From NCBI GenBank assembly GCA_016845105.1, contig JAERTF010000154.1:25311-89310 (forward strand): a DNA stretch of 64,000 nt, read 5' to 3'. Positions within the stretch are counted from its first letter, which is position 1, and every line of letters starts with the position of its first letter. The notes under the pieces are model-generated. The model was not told the origin of the DNA. It made no database searches and saw only the letters and a program-made list of their open reading frames with translations. Source of the DNA: Bacteroidota bacterium (GTDB taxonomy: Bacteria > Bacteroidota > Bacteroidia > Bacteroidales > F082). Of the stretch, positions 26,126-35,931 are shown piece by piece. The translations under genes and the position numbers were made by a program.

Positions 26126-29100
26126 TTAAGACAAAGATAATATGTAGATTAGATTAGATGTTCGTTTCGTATTATCAATAATCTTTAGTTTAAGTTTATG
26201 GTTTATTGAGATTTTTTCAATCATAGCTTTGGAAACAAATTCAAGATTAAAAGCAGTTTTATTGAATCCCAGATTAGTTGAAAATAGTTCTGTTATTTGT
26301 GTTCCAATATGTCGCCTACCCATATCTTTATCAGCATCTCTTATAATTATTAGTCCACCATTGTTAAGCTTTGATATACAGGATTCAACTACTGTTATTT
26401 GTAAGTCTTTTGGTAAATAATGAAGAACATCATTCATTATAAATATATCAGAATAATCAAGGTTTACTTTTGTTATATCCCCTGTGATGAAGTTAACGTT
26501 TTCTGATTTTATGGCACAATGTGTGGCAACGCCAATCTTGTCAGCATCGTAATCAATCCCTTTAATTATTCTTTCTTTGGATACCAGGTTTAGCATTAGG
26601 GGTAGGTAACCATAGCCACAGCCTAAGTCGGTTATAGTACAACTTTTAGGTATTAAATTATTGAAGATGTTGTAATTATTTTCAAGTTTAAGTTTTATCC
26701 GTGTATACCATTCCAATACTGGTCCTTTGTATAGATAATTTTTCTTTAAGAAATCATTAAAGTAGTTGGGAGTTTCTAGTTCCTTGGCTACTTTAAAATA
26801 TTCTGTTTCGAAGTATTTCTTTACATTTTTGGCTTGTTCACGAGATGTTAGTCCAAATTTACCATCTGAAAGATTTATCCTGGGTAAAAACTTGGTTACT
26901 GCTGTAGCCCTCTTTAAGAAGAACTCACTTTTCTTTAAAGCTTCTTTTTGTCCGTAAATAATTATTGGCAGGATATCAAGGTTTAATTCATTCGCAAGAT
27001 AAAATGCACCCTTATGAAATCTCCTTAGTTTTCCTCCTTCAGATCGATGTCCTTCGGGAAAAATTACAACAGAATACCCCTCGTCAGTTTGTTTTTTAAC
27101 CTGATTTAGGATCGATTCATAGTCGCCATCAACTTCAATAAAGCCAGCATATCTTAAAGCAGGTCCATAGATAGGATTGCTAAAATTTCTTGGATTAGTG
27201 AGCACTACAACGCGATAATTCAGCAACATCATTAGCATTAAATCAATATGCGATTGATGGTTGGCAATTATTATTGACGGTTTCTTGTAGTCTTCGTTAT
27301 CAGGGTTAATGACTATTTTAGGAGAAACAAAATTCATGTAAATCATAAACCATGTAAGATATCGGAAGAGTTTATGAATAAATATCTTTTTGTATTTCTT
27401 TCTGATAGGGACAATCACCATTATCAGTGAAAGGATAGAAAGAATTATTGAACCTGTTACGAATACAAAAAGCGCCCACATTGAAAATAGAAAATCAACA
27501 AATGTAATTGGACGGTTTCTTAACCCCTTTTTATATGTTACAAGCCACCTGAATATTGCTGGTAGTAAAGTAAACGTAATAAGAATAACCGATAATATTC
27601 CTATTATCGACATTGTGGCAATTGACCTTAGGGCTGGGTGAGCAGCAAATATTAATACCCCAATTCCAAGCAAAGTAGTAATACCAGATAGTACAACAGA
27701 GACTTTATAAGAACTTATATCGTGAATGCCAAATTTATACTCCAGCAATAATCCACGCATAATAAATATGCTATAATCTATTCCCAAACCAAAAATAAAT
27801 GTGAGTATTATAACATTGAAGATATTGAATTCAATACCTAAGATACCCATTATTCCAACAGTCCATATCCAGCTAATTATCATCGGTATCATAGTAATGA
27901 TAGTAAGTTCGATACGGCCATATGCAATTAGGAGTATAACAAAAACAAGAACTAAAGATATTATAACTAGTGTGTTAAAATTGTTATTTAGTATTGTTAC
28001 AAATTCACTGGTAATAAGTCTTTTATCAATGATCCATGCATTACTATCATCCGAAAATAAATTGTAAACCTTATTAATATCATCCTCATTACTAGCTACT
28101 TTTACAACATTTATTATTGCAGATAATGTATCAGTTTTGATTACAAAATTGTCCAGAAACAATTTGTTTATTATTCCCAGATCGGAAAAGGACACCGTGT
28201 GATAATCTGTGTATATCCATTCTTTAAATTTATCAAAAGCACCTTTTCTAAATCCTTTTAAGTCTGAGGATTTGTTTATCTGTGAGATTACTCTTTCTCC
28301 ATTTTTTTTCCAGTACCTATTCCAATTTTCTATTGCCTTTTGCTGCTCACTTTTTGATGGAAGCAAGTTATTTATTATTGATGCATTTTGTATTGTATTT
28401 TCGTTAATTAACTTTTTTATTCGTTTTGAAGTTACATTGTTGTTTTCCATGGCATCATCCAAATCATTGCCAGGAGATACTATATAGATTGTTTTTTTAC
28501 TAAGGTCAGTTACCGAGTTTAGTCGATCTTCAACTTCTTTAAGTTCATCACTCATGTAGTTGTTTTTCATCATATCCGCGTCAAAGCCAACTTGCTTTGA
28601 AAAAAAGTAAAGAACGATCGTTGCAATTACAATTGCAAGCTTTAGGTATCCATTTTTCGCAAAATTATACTTCGCTATGCCATCAATCCAATTGAGTTTT
28701 TTTGAGCTGGGTTGGTTATTACTATTACCTGTAAGATGTGGAAGAACTATTAAAGAAAATAGTGCTGCACTTAGTATGCTTATTGCAGCAAATAACCCCA
28801 AATCATTTAGGGCTTCCGAGTTAATGAAATATAATGACAGAAATGCTGAGGCTGTTGTTAAACTACTCAGTATAACTGGAGTTGACAAATTTTTAAAAAT
28901 AAGGCTGTGCGATTGGTGCTGCCGAAAATGAGAATAAATATGTAGTGCGTAATCAACAGAAATACCCAGTAACACAGAACCGATACCAAGTGATATTGCT
29001 GACACTTCTTTTTTTAATATGAAAAGCATGGCAAGTGATACTAGAGCGCCGAAAACAACCGGAAGAAAGATTATTAGAAAAGTTCTTTTACTTCTAAAAA

Positions 29101-29965
29101 ACACGGAAATAGCAACAACTAATATTATCATTGCCAGAGTTATGGTAATAATTATATCCTTCTTAATTTGATTTGCATTTCCAAGAGCAACAACAGCGTT
29201 ACCAAAATAATCAACTCTAATATCCGAATATTCGTTTTTCGTAAGGTTATTAATGATTTCATCTATTCCATTAAATAGAACATTATTACTTGCAGTATTA
29301 TTAGTAGATGTGGGAGTTAGTAAGAATATTATATTTCTCTTATTTGTTGATATAAAATATTCGCCATATATCTGGAAATTATTATCGATGTTTAACGAAT
29401 TAAACTTTTCCATTACTATTGGAGTGAAGTAAAGTGGGTCGATGGCAATTAATTTTTTGGCTACAAATGAAATAGGGGACATTAGAGTTGTGTAATTTGC
29501 ATCTATTGCTTTCTCAATATTTTCGTTACTAATCAGAGTGTCAAGTATTTGATAATCATTCTGCGTTAGGAAAATTGGTAGGTTATTTAGTACTTTGTTG
29601 TACACCTCCATCATTTCATTTTGACCAGGGGCCTGATCTATTGATTGTACAAGGTTTGGAATAAATCTTGTTTTTATTGAATCTGTAAGTTTATCTGTAA
29701 ATTCAGTTAATATATCTGGGTCTTTGATTGAGCTGTCTTTTATACTAATATTAAATACTACCTTATCTAAAAAACTGGAATTACCATAAACAAAATTCAT
29801 TTTGTTTATCTTGGTTGTATTGGGTAGTATCTTTGTAATATCTTCTGACAGCTTGAGCTGACTTGCGAAAAAGCCACTTAACAAAATCACTATTATCAAT
29901 AAAACTGTTGATAACACTTTGTGTTTTTCGATTAATCTATATATGGCTAAAAAAACTCTACTCAC
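26126..29965 (-). CDS. Trifunctional fusion: MMPL/RND-type exporter + lysophospholipid (PlsC-type) acyltransferase + class I SAM methyltransferase
   Basis: 1279 aa. Roughly residues 1-830 form two TM bundles with large loops, like an MMPL exporter. NHQSHID (HX4D, residues 902-908, nt 27242-27262) and FPEGHRS are PlsC-type motifs. DLGCGYG (residues 1113-1119, from nt 26629 downward) is SAM motif I. The start is GTG at 29963-29965, overlapping the upstream stop as GTGAGTAG. Confidence 0.8.
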   Translation of the reverse strand: MSRVFLAIYRLIEKHKVLSTVLLIIVILLSGFFASQLKLSEDITKILPNTTKINKMNFVYGNSSFLDKVVFNISIKDSSIKDPDILTEFTDKLTDSIKTRFIPNLVQSIDQAPGQNEMMEVYNKVLNNLPIFLTQNDYQILDTLISNENIEKAIDANYTTLMSPISFVAKKLIAIDPLYFTPIVMEKFNSLNIDNNFQIYGEYFISTNKRNIIFLLTPTSTNNTASNNVLFNGIDEIINNLTKNEYSDIRVDYFGNAVVALGNANQIKKDIIITITLAMIILVVAISVFFRSKRTFLIIFLPVVFGALVSLAMLFILKKEVSAISLGIGSVLLGISVDYALHIYSHFRQHQSHSLIFKNLSTPVILSSLTTASAFLSLYFINSEALNDLGLFAAISILSAALFSLIVLPHLTGNSNNQPSSKKLNWIDGIAKYNFAKNGYLKLAIVIATIVLYFFSKQVGFDADMMKNNYMSDELKEVEDRLNSVTDLSKKTIYIVSPGNDLDDAMENNNVTSKRIKKLINENTIQNASIINNLLPSKSEQQKAIENWNRYWKKNGERVISQINKSSDLKGFRKGAFDKFKEWIYTDYHTVSFSDLGIINKLFLDNFVIKTDTLSAIINVVKVASNEDDINKVYNLFSDDSNAWIIDKRLITSEFVTILNNNFNTLVIISLVLVFVILLIAYGRIELTIITMIPMIISWIWTVGIMGILGIEFNIFNVIILTFIFGLGIDYSIFIMRGLLLEYKFGIHDISSYKVSVVLSGITTLLGIGVLIFAAHPALRSIATMSIIGILSVILITFTLLPAIFRWLVTYKKGLRNRPITFVDFLFSMWALFVFVTGSIILSILSLIMVIVPIRKKYKKIFIHKLFRYLTWFMIYMNFVSPKIVINPDNEDYKKPSIIIANHQSHIDLMLMMLLNYRVVVLTNPRNFSNPIYGPALRYAGFIEVDGDYESILNQVKKQTDEGYSVVIFPEGHRSEGGKLRRFHKGAFYLANELNLDILPIIIYGQKEALKKSEFFLKRATAVTKFLPRINLSDGKFGLTSREQAKNVKKYFETEYFKVAKELETPNYFNDFLKKNYLYKGPVLEWYTRIKLKLENNYNIFNNLIPKSCTITDLGCGYGYLPLMLNLVSKERIIKGIDYDADKIGVATHCAIKSENVNFITGDITKVNLDYSDIFIMNDVLHYLPKDLQITVVESCISKLNNGGLIIIRDADKDMGRRHIGTQITELFSTNLGFNKTAFNLEFVSKAMIEKISINHKLKLKIIDNTKRTSNLIYILSLS

Positions 29966-31175
29966 TTTTCTTTGTTGCTTTAATAATTATATATGATATC
30001 GCAGTGGTAGATGCTCCAAGCAGTAAACCCAACAAAATGCTGCCAAGTATATACTGGAGAATGCTATATCCAAATTCGTTAAGTGTATTGTAAAATCCGC
30101 CATGAAGAACCTGTTCTTTTAAATACTCTATGGTTTCGGATGTAAATTCCCTGGGATTACTCATTACCAAGCCTCCAACCAAATAACTAGAGTATATGAT
30201 TATGGGTATGAATGGTGGTAAACTAATATTTGAGAAAGCTACAACAATTATTTTATTGAGTCGGAATAAATGAGCAAGAAGTGCTGCAACTACCATTTGA
30301 AACCCCCAAATGGGAGCAATACCCATAAATACACCAAAGCCAATTGCGGCTGAAATTTTAAAAGTATTTTCGTTGTGAAGCATTATTTGCTCTTTAACAA
30401 CTTTTGTAAATTTATTTTTTGAAAGATATATTATTGCCCTTTTTGGAATTATATACAGAAATGTTATTAGTACTAAAAAAGTATTTAATACACTTATTCT
30501 GGTAAAATCAGGTATAGGTCTGAAATGTGTTATTCTTTCACCCTCAGGAGGGTAATATACCTTCACAGGTATTGGTATAATCTTAATATCACTCCATGCC
30601 GATCGTACTAGTACCTCAATTTCAAACTCAAACTTAGTAGTAAAGAATTTGGTTTTCTTATAAAGATATATTGGATATAATCGGTAGCCTGATTGGGTAT
30701 CGGGAAGCTTTTGATTTGTTTCGGCCCAATACCAGAAGTTGGAGAACTTATTGGCAAAGGTATTTTTCGCTGGCATTCCATCAGCCTCAATGTTCCTCGA
30801 TCCAATAATGAGAGAGCCAGGGTTACTAACAAGGGTATCTATAAATTTAGGAATATCATCAGGGAAATGTTGACCATCAGAGTCTATGGTAATGGCATAA
30901 TCAAACCCATTTTCCAGGGCTTCTTTAAATCCTAGTTTTATGGCATAGCCTTTTCCCTTATTTACTTCGTACCTTATGGTTTTTAGTTTGTCAAAATCGT
31001 TTAGTATATTAGGAGTTTCATCTGTTGACCCATCATCAATAACAATAATATTACTGGTATATTTTTGAACACCAATAATAACATCCGTAATTGTACTTGC
31101 ATTATTATATGTTGGGATAATAACACATACTTTATAATTATTCGACCAATTTTTGTGATCTAAGGATACACTCAT
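29958..31175 (-). CDS. Family 2 glycosyltransferase fused to a DUF2062 membrane domain
   Basis: 405 aa. VIIPTYNNASTI, VIDDGSTDET and ITIDSDGQH are GT2 motifs. The C-terminal GFGVFMGIAPIWGFQMVVAALLAHLFRLNKIIVVAFSNISLPPF is DUF2062-like. Confidence 0.8.
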   Translation of the reverse strand: MSVSLDHKNWSNNYKVCVIIPTYNNASTITDVIIGVQKYTSNIIVIDDGSTDETPNILNDFDKLKTIRYEVNKGKGYAIKLGFKEALENGFDYAITIDSDGQHFPDDIPKFIDTLVSNPGSLIIGSRNIEADGMPAKNTFANKFSNFWYWAETNQKLPDTQSGYRLYPIYLYKKTKFFTTKFEFEIEVLVRSAWSDIKIIPIPVKVYYPPEGERITHFRPIPDFTRISVLNTFLVLITFLYIIPKRAIIYLSKNKFTKVVKEQIMLHNENTFKISAAIGFGVFMGIAPIWGFQMVVAALLAHLFRLNKIIVVAFSNISLPPFIPIIIYSSYLVGGLVMSNPREFTSETIEYLKEQVLHGGFYNTLNEFGYSILQYILGSILLGLLLGASTTAISYIIIKATKKSE

Positions 31176-31198
31176 TAAAAAATGATTTTGCTTAGGGG

Positions 31199-31206
31199 CA
31201 AAGGTA
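31199..31206 (-). promoter_or_regulatory. Candidate -7 box TACCTTTG for the six-gene lipid-type operon
   Basis: The + strand CAAAGGTA is TACCTTTG on the minus strand, 23 nt upstream of ATG 31175. It lies in the 41-nt gap after the glycosylasparaginase stop. Confidence 0.4.
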
Positions 31207-31216
31207 AAAAAATAGA

Positions 31217-32215
31217 CTACTTATAGTAAGATTTACTATCAATTAGGATATTTTGGTTTTCCTGATGAAGAGCATAGTTAAAGCCGGGCAACAAACAATA
31301 TGCACCTGTTTCACCTTGTTTATTTACTGCAATAAACCCGATTTGGTATTTTTTGTGATCAGGAACTTTTTTTACAATTCTTAATACAGCTTCTTCAACA
31401 GCTTGTTGTGGTGTTTTTCCATTTCGCATAAGTTCAACAACTAAAAACGAACCAACTGTTTTCATAACTAATTCTCCCATTCCTGTTGCAGTTGCTGCAC
31501 CAACTTCATTATCAACAAAAAGTCCGGCACCAATTATTGGTGAATCACCAACTCTTCCTCTCATTTTAAAGCCCAAGCCGCTTGTTGTACAGGCTCCTGC
31601 AATATTACCTGATGTATCAACCCCAAGTAATCCTATTGTATCGTGGTAGCTATTGGGTTCGTTTTCCCAATTAGGTTGAGGATCGTAACCTGTCTCCTTC
31701 ATTTTATTTTTCCAGAAAGTTTTTGAGGATGGAGTTAGCAAATTCTCCTTTTTAAAGCCATTTTCCAAGGCAAATTGTAGTGCGCCTTCACCAGATAACA
31801 TAACATGCGGCGTACTGTCCATTACCAACCTGGCCACCGATATGGGATGCATAATATTCTCCAAAAAACAAACAGACCCTGCATTTCCATCAGGGCCCAT
31901 TATTGAAGCATCAAGGGTAACATAACCTTCTCTGTCAGGATAACCACCTAAACCAACACTGACATTTTTTGGATCAGCTTCCGGAATCCACACACCTTGT
32001 TCAACGGCGTCCACGATTGACCCACCATTTTTTAGTACTTGTATTGCAGCTTCATTGGCTTCAATGCCGTGGTTCCAGGTTGAGATAATTACTGGTAGAT
32101 TTTTATATACCGGTGAACTTAAGTTAGTTGTTTCCTGAGACCTTATAAAATTTGGTAACATGGACAAAGCTCCTGCTGCTGCAAATTTTTCTATAAATTT
32201 TCTTCTGTTAATCAT
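31217..32215 (-). CDS. Glycosylasparaginase (N4-(beta-N-acetylglucosaminyl)-L-asparaginase), Ntn hydrolase with Tat-like leader
   Basis: 332 aa. The N-terminus MINRRKFIEKFAAAGALSML carries a twin-arginine pattern. HDTIGLLGVD contains the autoprocessing Thr, and GDSPIIGAGLFVDNEVGAATATGMGE is also present. Confidence 0.8.
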   Translation of the reverse strand: MINRRKFIEKFAAAGALSMLPNFIRSQETTNLSSPVYKNLPVIISTWNHGIEANEAAIQVLKNGGSIVDAVEQGVWIPEADPKNVSVGLGGYPDREGYVTLDASIMGPDGNAGSVCFLENIMHPISVARLVMDSTPHVMLSGEGALQFALENGFKKENLLTPSSKTFWKNKMKETGYDPQPNWENEPNSYHDTIGLLGVDTSGNIAGACTTSGLGFKMRGRVGDSPIIGAGLFVDNEVGAATATGMGELVMKTVGSFLVVELMRNGKTPQQAVEEAVLRIVKKVPDHKKYQIGFIAVNKQGETGAYCLLPGFNYALHQENQNILIDSKSYYK

Positions 32216-32253
32216 TTTATGATATTATTTCATAAAAAAGAATCTTTTGCAAG

Positions 32254-33615
32254 TTAAGAAATTTTATTTTGCTTATATCCCGAAATACCGTAAAATCCAA
32301 TATATAAATAACTTATTACAGGTACGATAAAGGAGATGTGAACTCCATAGCTATCAGCAACAACTCCCATTAATAGTGGCAATATTGCACCACCAAGTAT
32401 CATCATAACCAGTAATGATGACCCTTGACTTGTATATTTCCCCAATCCTGAAATTGCAAGTGTGAATATATTCGACCACATTATTGAGTTGAACAATCCA
32501 ATTGCAATAATTGTCCATAACGCAATACTACCAGTTGTGGATAAAGCAATAATAAGGAAAACTAGGTTAATTCCTGCGAAAACATAAAGTGTTCTGTTGG
32601 GTAATGAATTTCCAACAAGGAATCCAACAAGGTTGATTATGAGAAATACTAAGTATATAAGTGCTGCATCGAAGCTTGTAGTAATACCAAGTACAATAAA
32701 TGCTACTACTGAAATTAGAGGCATTACCAATAATTTAACCCATTTCTTTGAATTGCTCAGTGAAACAGCACCCAAAAATCGTCCAATCATTTGACCTCCC
32801 CAATATATTGACACATATATGCTGGCTTCGGCATCCGTAAACCCACCAATTTCGGGAAGGTTGAGATAGCTGATTAACATACTCCCGATGCTTACTTCAC
32901 CACCAACATACATAAAAATAGCGATCATCCCAAATACAAGATTACGATGCTTTAGGGCACCAAATCCCGGGCTAACTTCATCGGGGTTTGTGAATCTGGG
33001 TAATGGAGTAAAAGTAATCGCAATGGCCATTAATATAAATATTCCGGCAAAAACCAAATATGGAATTTTAACAGCATCCGATCCTGCTGACTCTTTAAAG
33101 AATGTAAAGATGAGAAACCCTCCCAATACGGGAGCAATTGTAGTACCTAGTGAATTAAATCCTTGTGCAAGATTTAATCGAGATGATGCGGATTTAGATG
33201 GTCCTAATATGGCAACATATGGATTTGCTGCTATTTGTAGTAAGGTAAAACCTAATCCCATAACAAATAGGGCCGATAAAAAAAATCCATACATTTGAAA
33301 TTCGGCAGCCGGGTAAAATAATAAGGCCCCTACTCCTGAAATCAACAAGCCAATTATAATACCTTTTTTATACCCAATCTTGTTTATTGGATCACCTTTG
33401 GATACGGATATAATGAAATATACCAATGATCCGATAAAGTACGATGTGAAAAAAGCAAACTGAATTAACATTGCTTTTGTATGTGTTAAATCAAAAGCAC
33501 CTCTCAAATATGGTATAAGGATATCGTTTAATGCTGTCATAAATCCCCACATGAAGAATAGAAATGTGAGGTTTGCAAAAGCTGTTCTATATGAACTTGA
33601 TTGTTTGTTGGTCAT
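32254..33615 (-). CDS. MFS sugar transporter of the FucP/GluP type
   Basis: 453 aa and hydrophobic throughout, with about 12 TM segments. The N-terminal FLFFMWGFMTALNDILIPYL is typical of the fucose/glucose-galactose permease subfamily. Confidence 0.75.
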   Translation of the reverse strand: MTNKQSSSYRTAFANLTFLFFMWGFMTALNDILIPYLRGAFDLTHTKAMLIQFAFFTSYFIGSLVYFIISVSKGDPINKIGYKKGIIIGLLISGVGALLFYPAAEFQMYGFFLSALFVMGLGFTLLQIAANPYVAILGPSKSASSRLNLAQGFNSLGTTIAPVLGGFLIFTFFKESAGSDAVKIPYLVFAGIFILMAIAITFTPLPRFTNPDEVSPGFGALKHRNLVFGMIAIFMYVGGEVSIGSMLISYLNLPEIGGFTDAEASIYVSIYWGGQMIGRFLGAVSLSNSKKWVKLLVMPLISVVAFIVLGITTSFDAALIYLVFLIINLVGFLVGNSLPNRTLYVFAGINLVFLIIALSTTGSIALWTIIAIGLFNSIMWSNIFTLAISGLGKYTSQGSSLLVMMILGGAILPLLMGVVADSYGVHISFIVPVISYLYIGFYGISGYKQNKIS

Positions 33616-33686
33616 GGTAATTTTTTAAATTGGCTTTGTGGATGTAGCTTAGTTTCAGTGATATAAAACTGATTCCACTTTGTTAT

Positions 33687-34142
33687 TTAGTTTGATAGTA
33701 GTTGCTTAACAAAGCCTGAAACTGTTTTATTGTCGGCTTTACCAGCAAGTTTTTTAGATACCATACCCATAACTTTACCCATGTCTTTCATAGATGCAGC
33801 TCCTGTTTCTTCTATTACTTGTTTTATGAGCTCTTTAATTTCTTCTTCACCCATCTGCTCAGGAAGATAATTTTCAATTATTGAGGCCTGATAGTCTTCA
33901 TCTTCTGCCAGGTCGTTACGGTTCTGATTTTTGTATAGTATCGCTGATTCTTTACGCTGCTTCACCAGTTTCTGCAATAGTTTTAGCTCTACTGTTTCTG
34001 GTATTTCAGCACCACCAACCTCAGCTCCGGTTTTTTCCAATAATAGGGCTGCTTTAATTGCTCTTAAAGCTTCTAATTTCTTTTTGTCACGTGCAAGCAT
34101 TGCCTGCTTAATATCATTGTTGATGGTAATTTCAAGACTCAT
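33687..34142 (-). CDS. GatB/YqeY domain protein
   Basis: The track ORF starts at 34181. ATG 34142 gives MSLEITINNDIKQAMLARDK, the usual YqeY N-terminus. A TAnnTTTG box lies inside the longer version. Confidence 0.85.
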   Translation of the reverse strand: MSLEITINNDIKQAMLARDKKKLEALRAIKAALLLEKTGAEVGGAEIPETVELKLLQKLVKQRKESAILYKNQNRNDLAEDEDYQASIIENYLPEQMGEEEIKELIKQVIEETGAASMKDMGKVMGMVSKKLAGKADNKTVSGFVKQLLSN

Positions 34143-34160
34143 AGTACAAATTTTTTCATG

Positions 34161-34168
34161 CAAATATA
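34161..34168 (-). promoter_or_regulatory. Candidate -7 box TATATTTG for the yqeY-like gene
   Basis: The + strand CAAATATA is TATATTTG on the minus strand, 18 nt upstream of ATG 34142. Confidence 0.35.
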
Positions 34169-34247
34169 GTGATATTGGCATAGAAAAAATGATGAACAGG
34201 ACTAATAATATTGAAATGAATTTAGAAGAATAAACAGTGGTTATCGT

Positions 34248-35855
34248 TTAATCAACATTGTCGTGTAAAAAAGTATTTTCCGATTTTATTACCGGTTGAT
34301 TTTTTGAGTCTTCGCCCAATGTGTACCTTGAAACAGCCGACTCAGCTGAGTATTCTGTTTCGTCTAGTTTAACATTTTTTCTCACATATGCTGCGGTATT
34401 CTCATATTCAGCAAGCTTTTCATGGGAACGTAAATTGATGCTTAAACTCTTCAATTTATTAACTCTTTCAGCTGCATTTTTCGAGATACCATCATCTTCT
34501 GTTTCAGGATTTGGAGATTCTTTTTCAATGATCTCTGTTTTTTTTGATGAGACGGTATGACCTATGCTTAAATATGGTTCATCCGATTTTCTAATTAGTG
34601 AGGATAATTTTGGCTCTTCACGCATAGTTGGCGTATTTACCTCTTTTGGCTCACTTTCAACATCTTCAAGCGAATGAATAATTTTAGGTTCATTCTTCTC
34701 AACTTTAAATGTTGGCACAACCTCTGGCGTAACTTTCTTTATTTCAATTACATCTTCCTCTTTTTGTATATTTGAACCTACTGAAGGCGATGTTTTTGTT
34801 ACTGGTTTTGAATCCACAACATTACTAGCACTTCCAACTCCTCCAACAACTGTATTTTCTCTTTCTGGTTCTTTTTTCACAGTGTCAAAACCTGTTGCAA
34901 TGATCGTAATACCAACATGATTTCCAAGGGATTCATCTTTACCAACTCCCCAAATGGTTTCGGCTTCATTTCCGCTCTCCGCTTGAACATAATCGGTAAT
35001 CTCAGTAATCTCATCCATGGTAATATCATCAGTACCAGTGGTGATATAAAGCAGTATATCAGTTGCTCCTGCTATTTCATTATCGTTGAGTAATGGTGAT
35101 TTCATGGCTTCGTTGATTGCATTGTATGCACGATTTTCACCTTCGGCTTTGGCCGATCCCATTATTGCCTTACCACTGTCTTTTATTACAGTTCTAACAT
35201 CCTCGAAGTCAACATTTACATAACCTGTAACTGTTATAAGTTCTGCAATTCCTTTTGCTGCAGAGGATAATACATTATCGGCTTGTGCAAATGCTTCTCC
35301 TAACACAAGATTTCCAAACTGTTCGCGTAGTTTGTCATTGCTGATTACTAACAATGCGTCTACATATTTTTTTAATTCGCTGATGCCCAATTCAGCTTGC
35401 TGTTTTCTTCTGCGTCCTTCAAAACCAAATGGTAGAGTTACAATACCAACAGTTAGAATATTCATTTCACGTGCCAGCTTTGCAATTACAGGAGCAGCCC
35501 CTGTTCCTGTTCCACCACCCATTCCTGCGGTTATAAAAACCATTTGAGTAGTTCCATCGTTAAGAAGATCCTTTATCTTTTCAATTGAATCTTCAGCGGA
35601 GGCTTTTCCAACCTCTGGATTTGCTCCAGCTCCGAGTCCACCTTTATCTCCAATCTCAATTTTTATGGGTACTGGGCTTGATTCGAGCGCCTGTAAATCC
35701 GTATTGCATACAGCAAATTCTACGCCTGTTATTCCCAGTTTAAACATGTGGTTTACAGCATTGGAACCGCCGCCGCCAACTCCTAAAACTTTAATTATCG
35801 AAGGGTGTTGTTTCGGTTGAAATGTAATCATATCAGTATTGTTGTTTTTGGACAT
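34248..35855 (-). CDS. ftsZ: Cell division protein FtsZ
   Basis: 535 aa with GVGGGGSNAVNHM and the tubulin signature AGMGGGTGTGAAP. A long variable linker is followed by the CTP-like ENTAAYVRKNVKL and a 38-aa tail ending FLHDNVD. Confidence 0.97.
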   Translation of the reverse strand: MSKNNNTDMITFQPKQHPSIIKVLGVGGGGSNAVNHMFKLGITGVEFAVCNTDLQALESSPVPIKIEIGDKGGLGAGANPEVGKASAEDSIEKIKDLLNDGTTQMVFITAGMGGGTGTGAAPVIAKLAREMNILTVGIVTLPFGFEGRRRKQQAELGISELKKYVDALLVISNDKLREQFGNLVLGEAFAQADNVLSSAAKGIAELITVTGYVNVDFEDVRTVIKDSGKAIMGSAKAEGENRAYNAINEAMKSPLLNDNEIAGATDILLYITTGTDDITMDEITEITDYVQAESGNEAETIWGVGKDESLGNHVGITIIATGFDTVKKEPERENTVVGGVGSASNVVDSKPVTKTSPSVGSNIQKEEDVIEIKKVTPEVVPTFKVEKNEPKIIHSLEDVESEPKEVNTPTMREEPKLSSLIRKSDEPYLSIGHTVSSKKTEIIEKESPNPETEDDGISKNAAERVNKLKSLSINLRSHEKLAEYENTAAYVRKNVKLDETEYSAESAVSRYTLGEDSKNQPVIKSENTFLHDNVD

Positions 35856-35931
35856 ATTAAAAATAAACTATTTGATAGGTTGGGTTGTATGTAAATATTA
35901 GTAGTTTTTAACAAAAAAAAGTTAATTTAAT

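Noticed and set aside
33616-33686. Weak AGTG...CACT hairpin downstream of the yqeY-like gene as a terminator.
   Set aside because: It has a 4-bp stem with a 15-nt loop and no U-tract.
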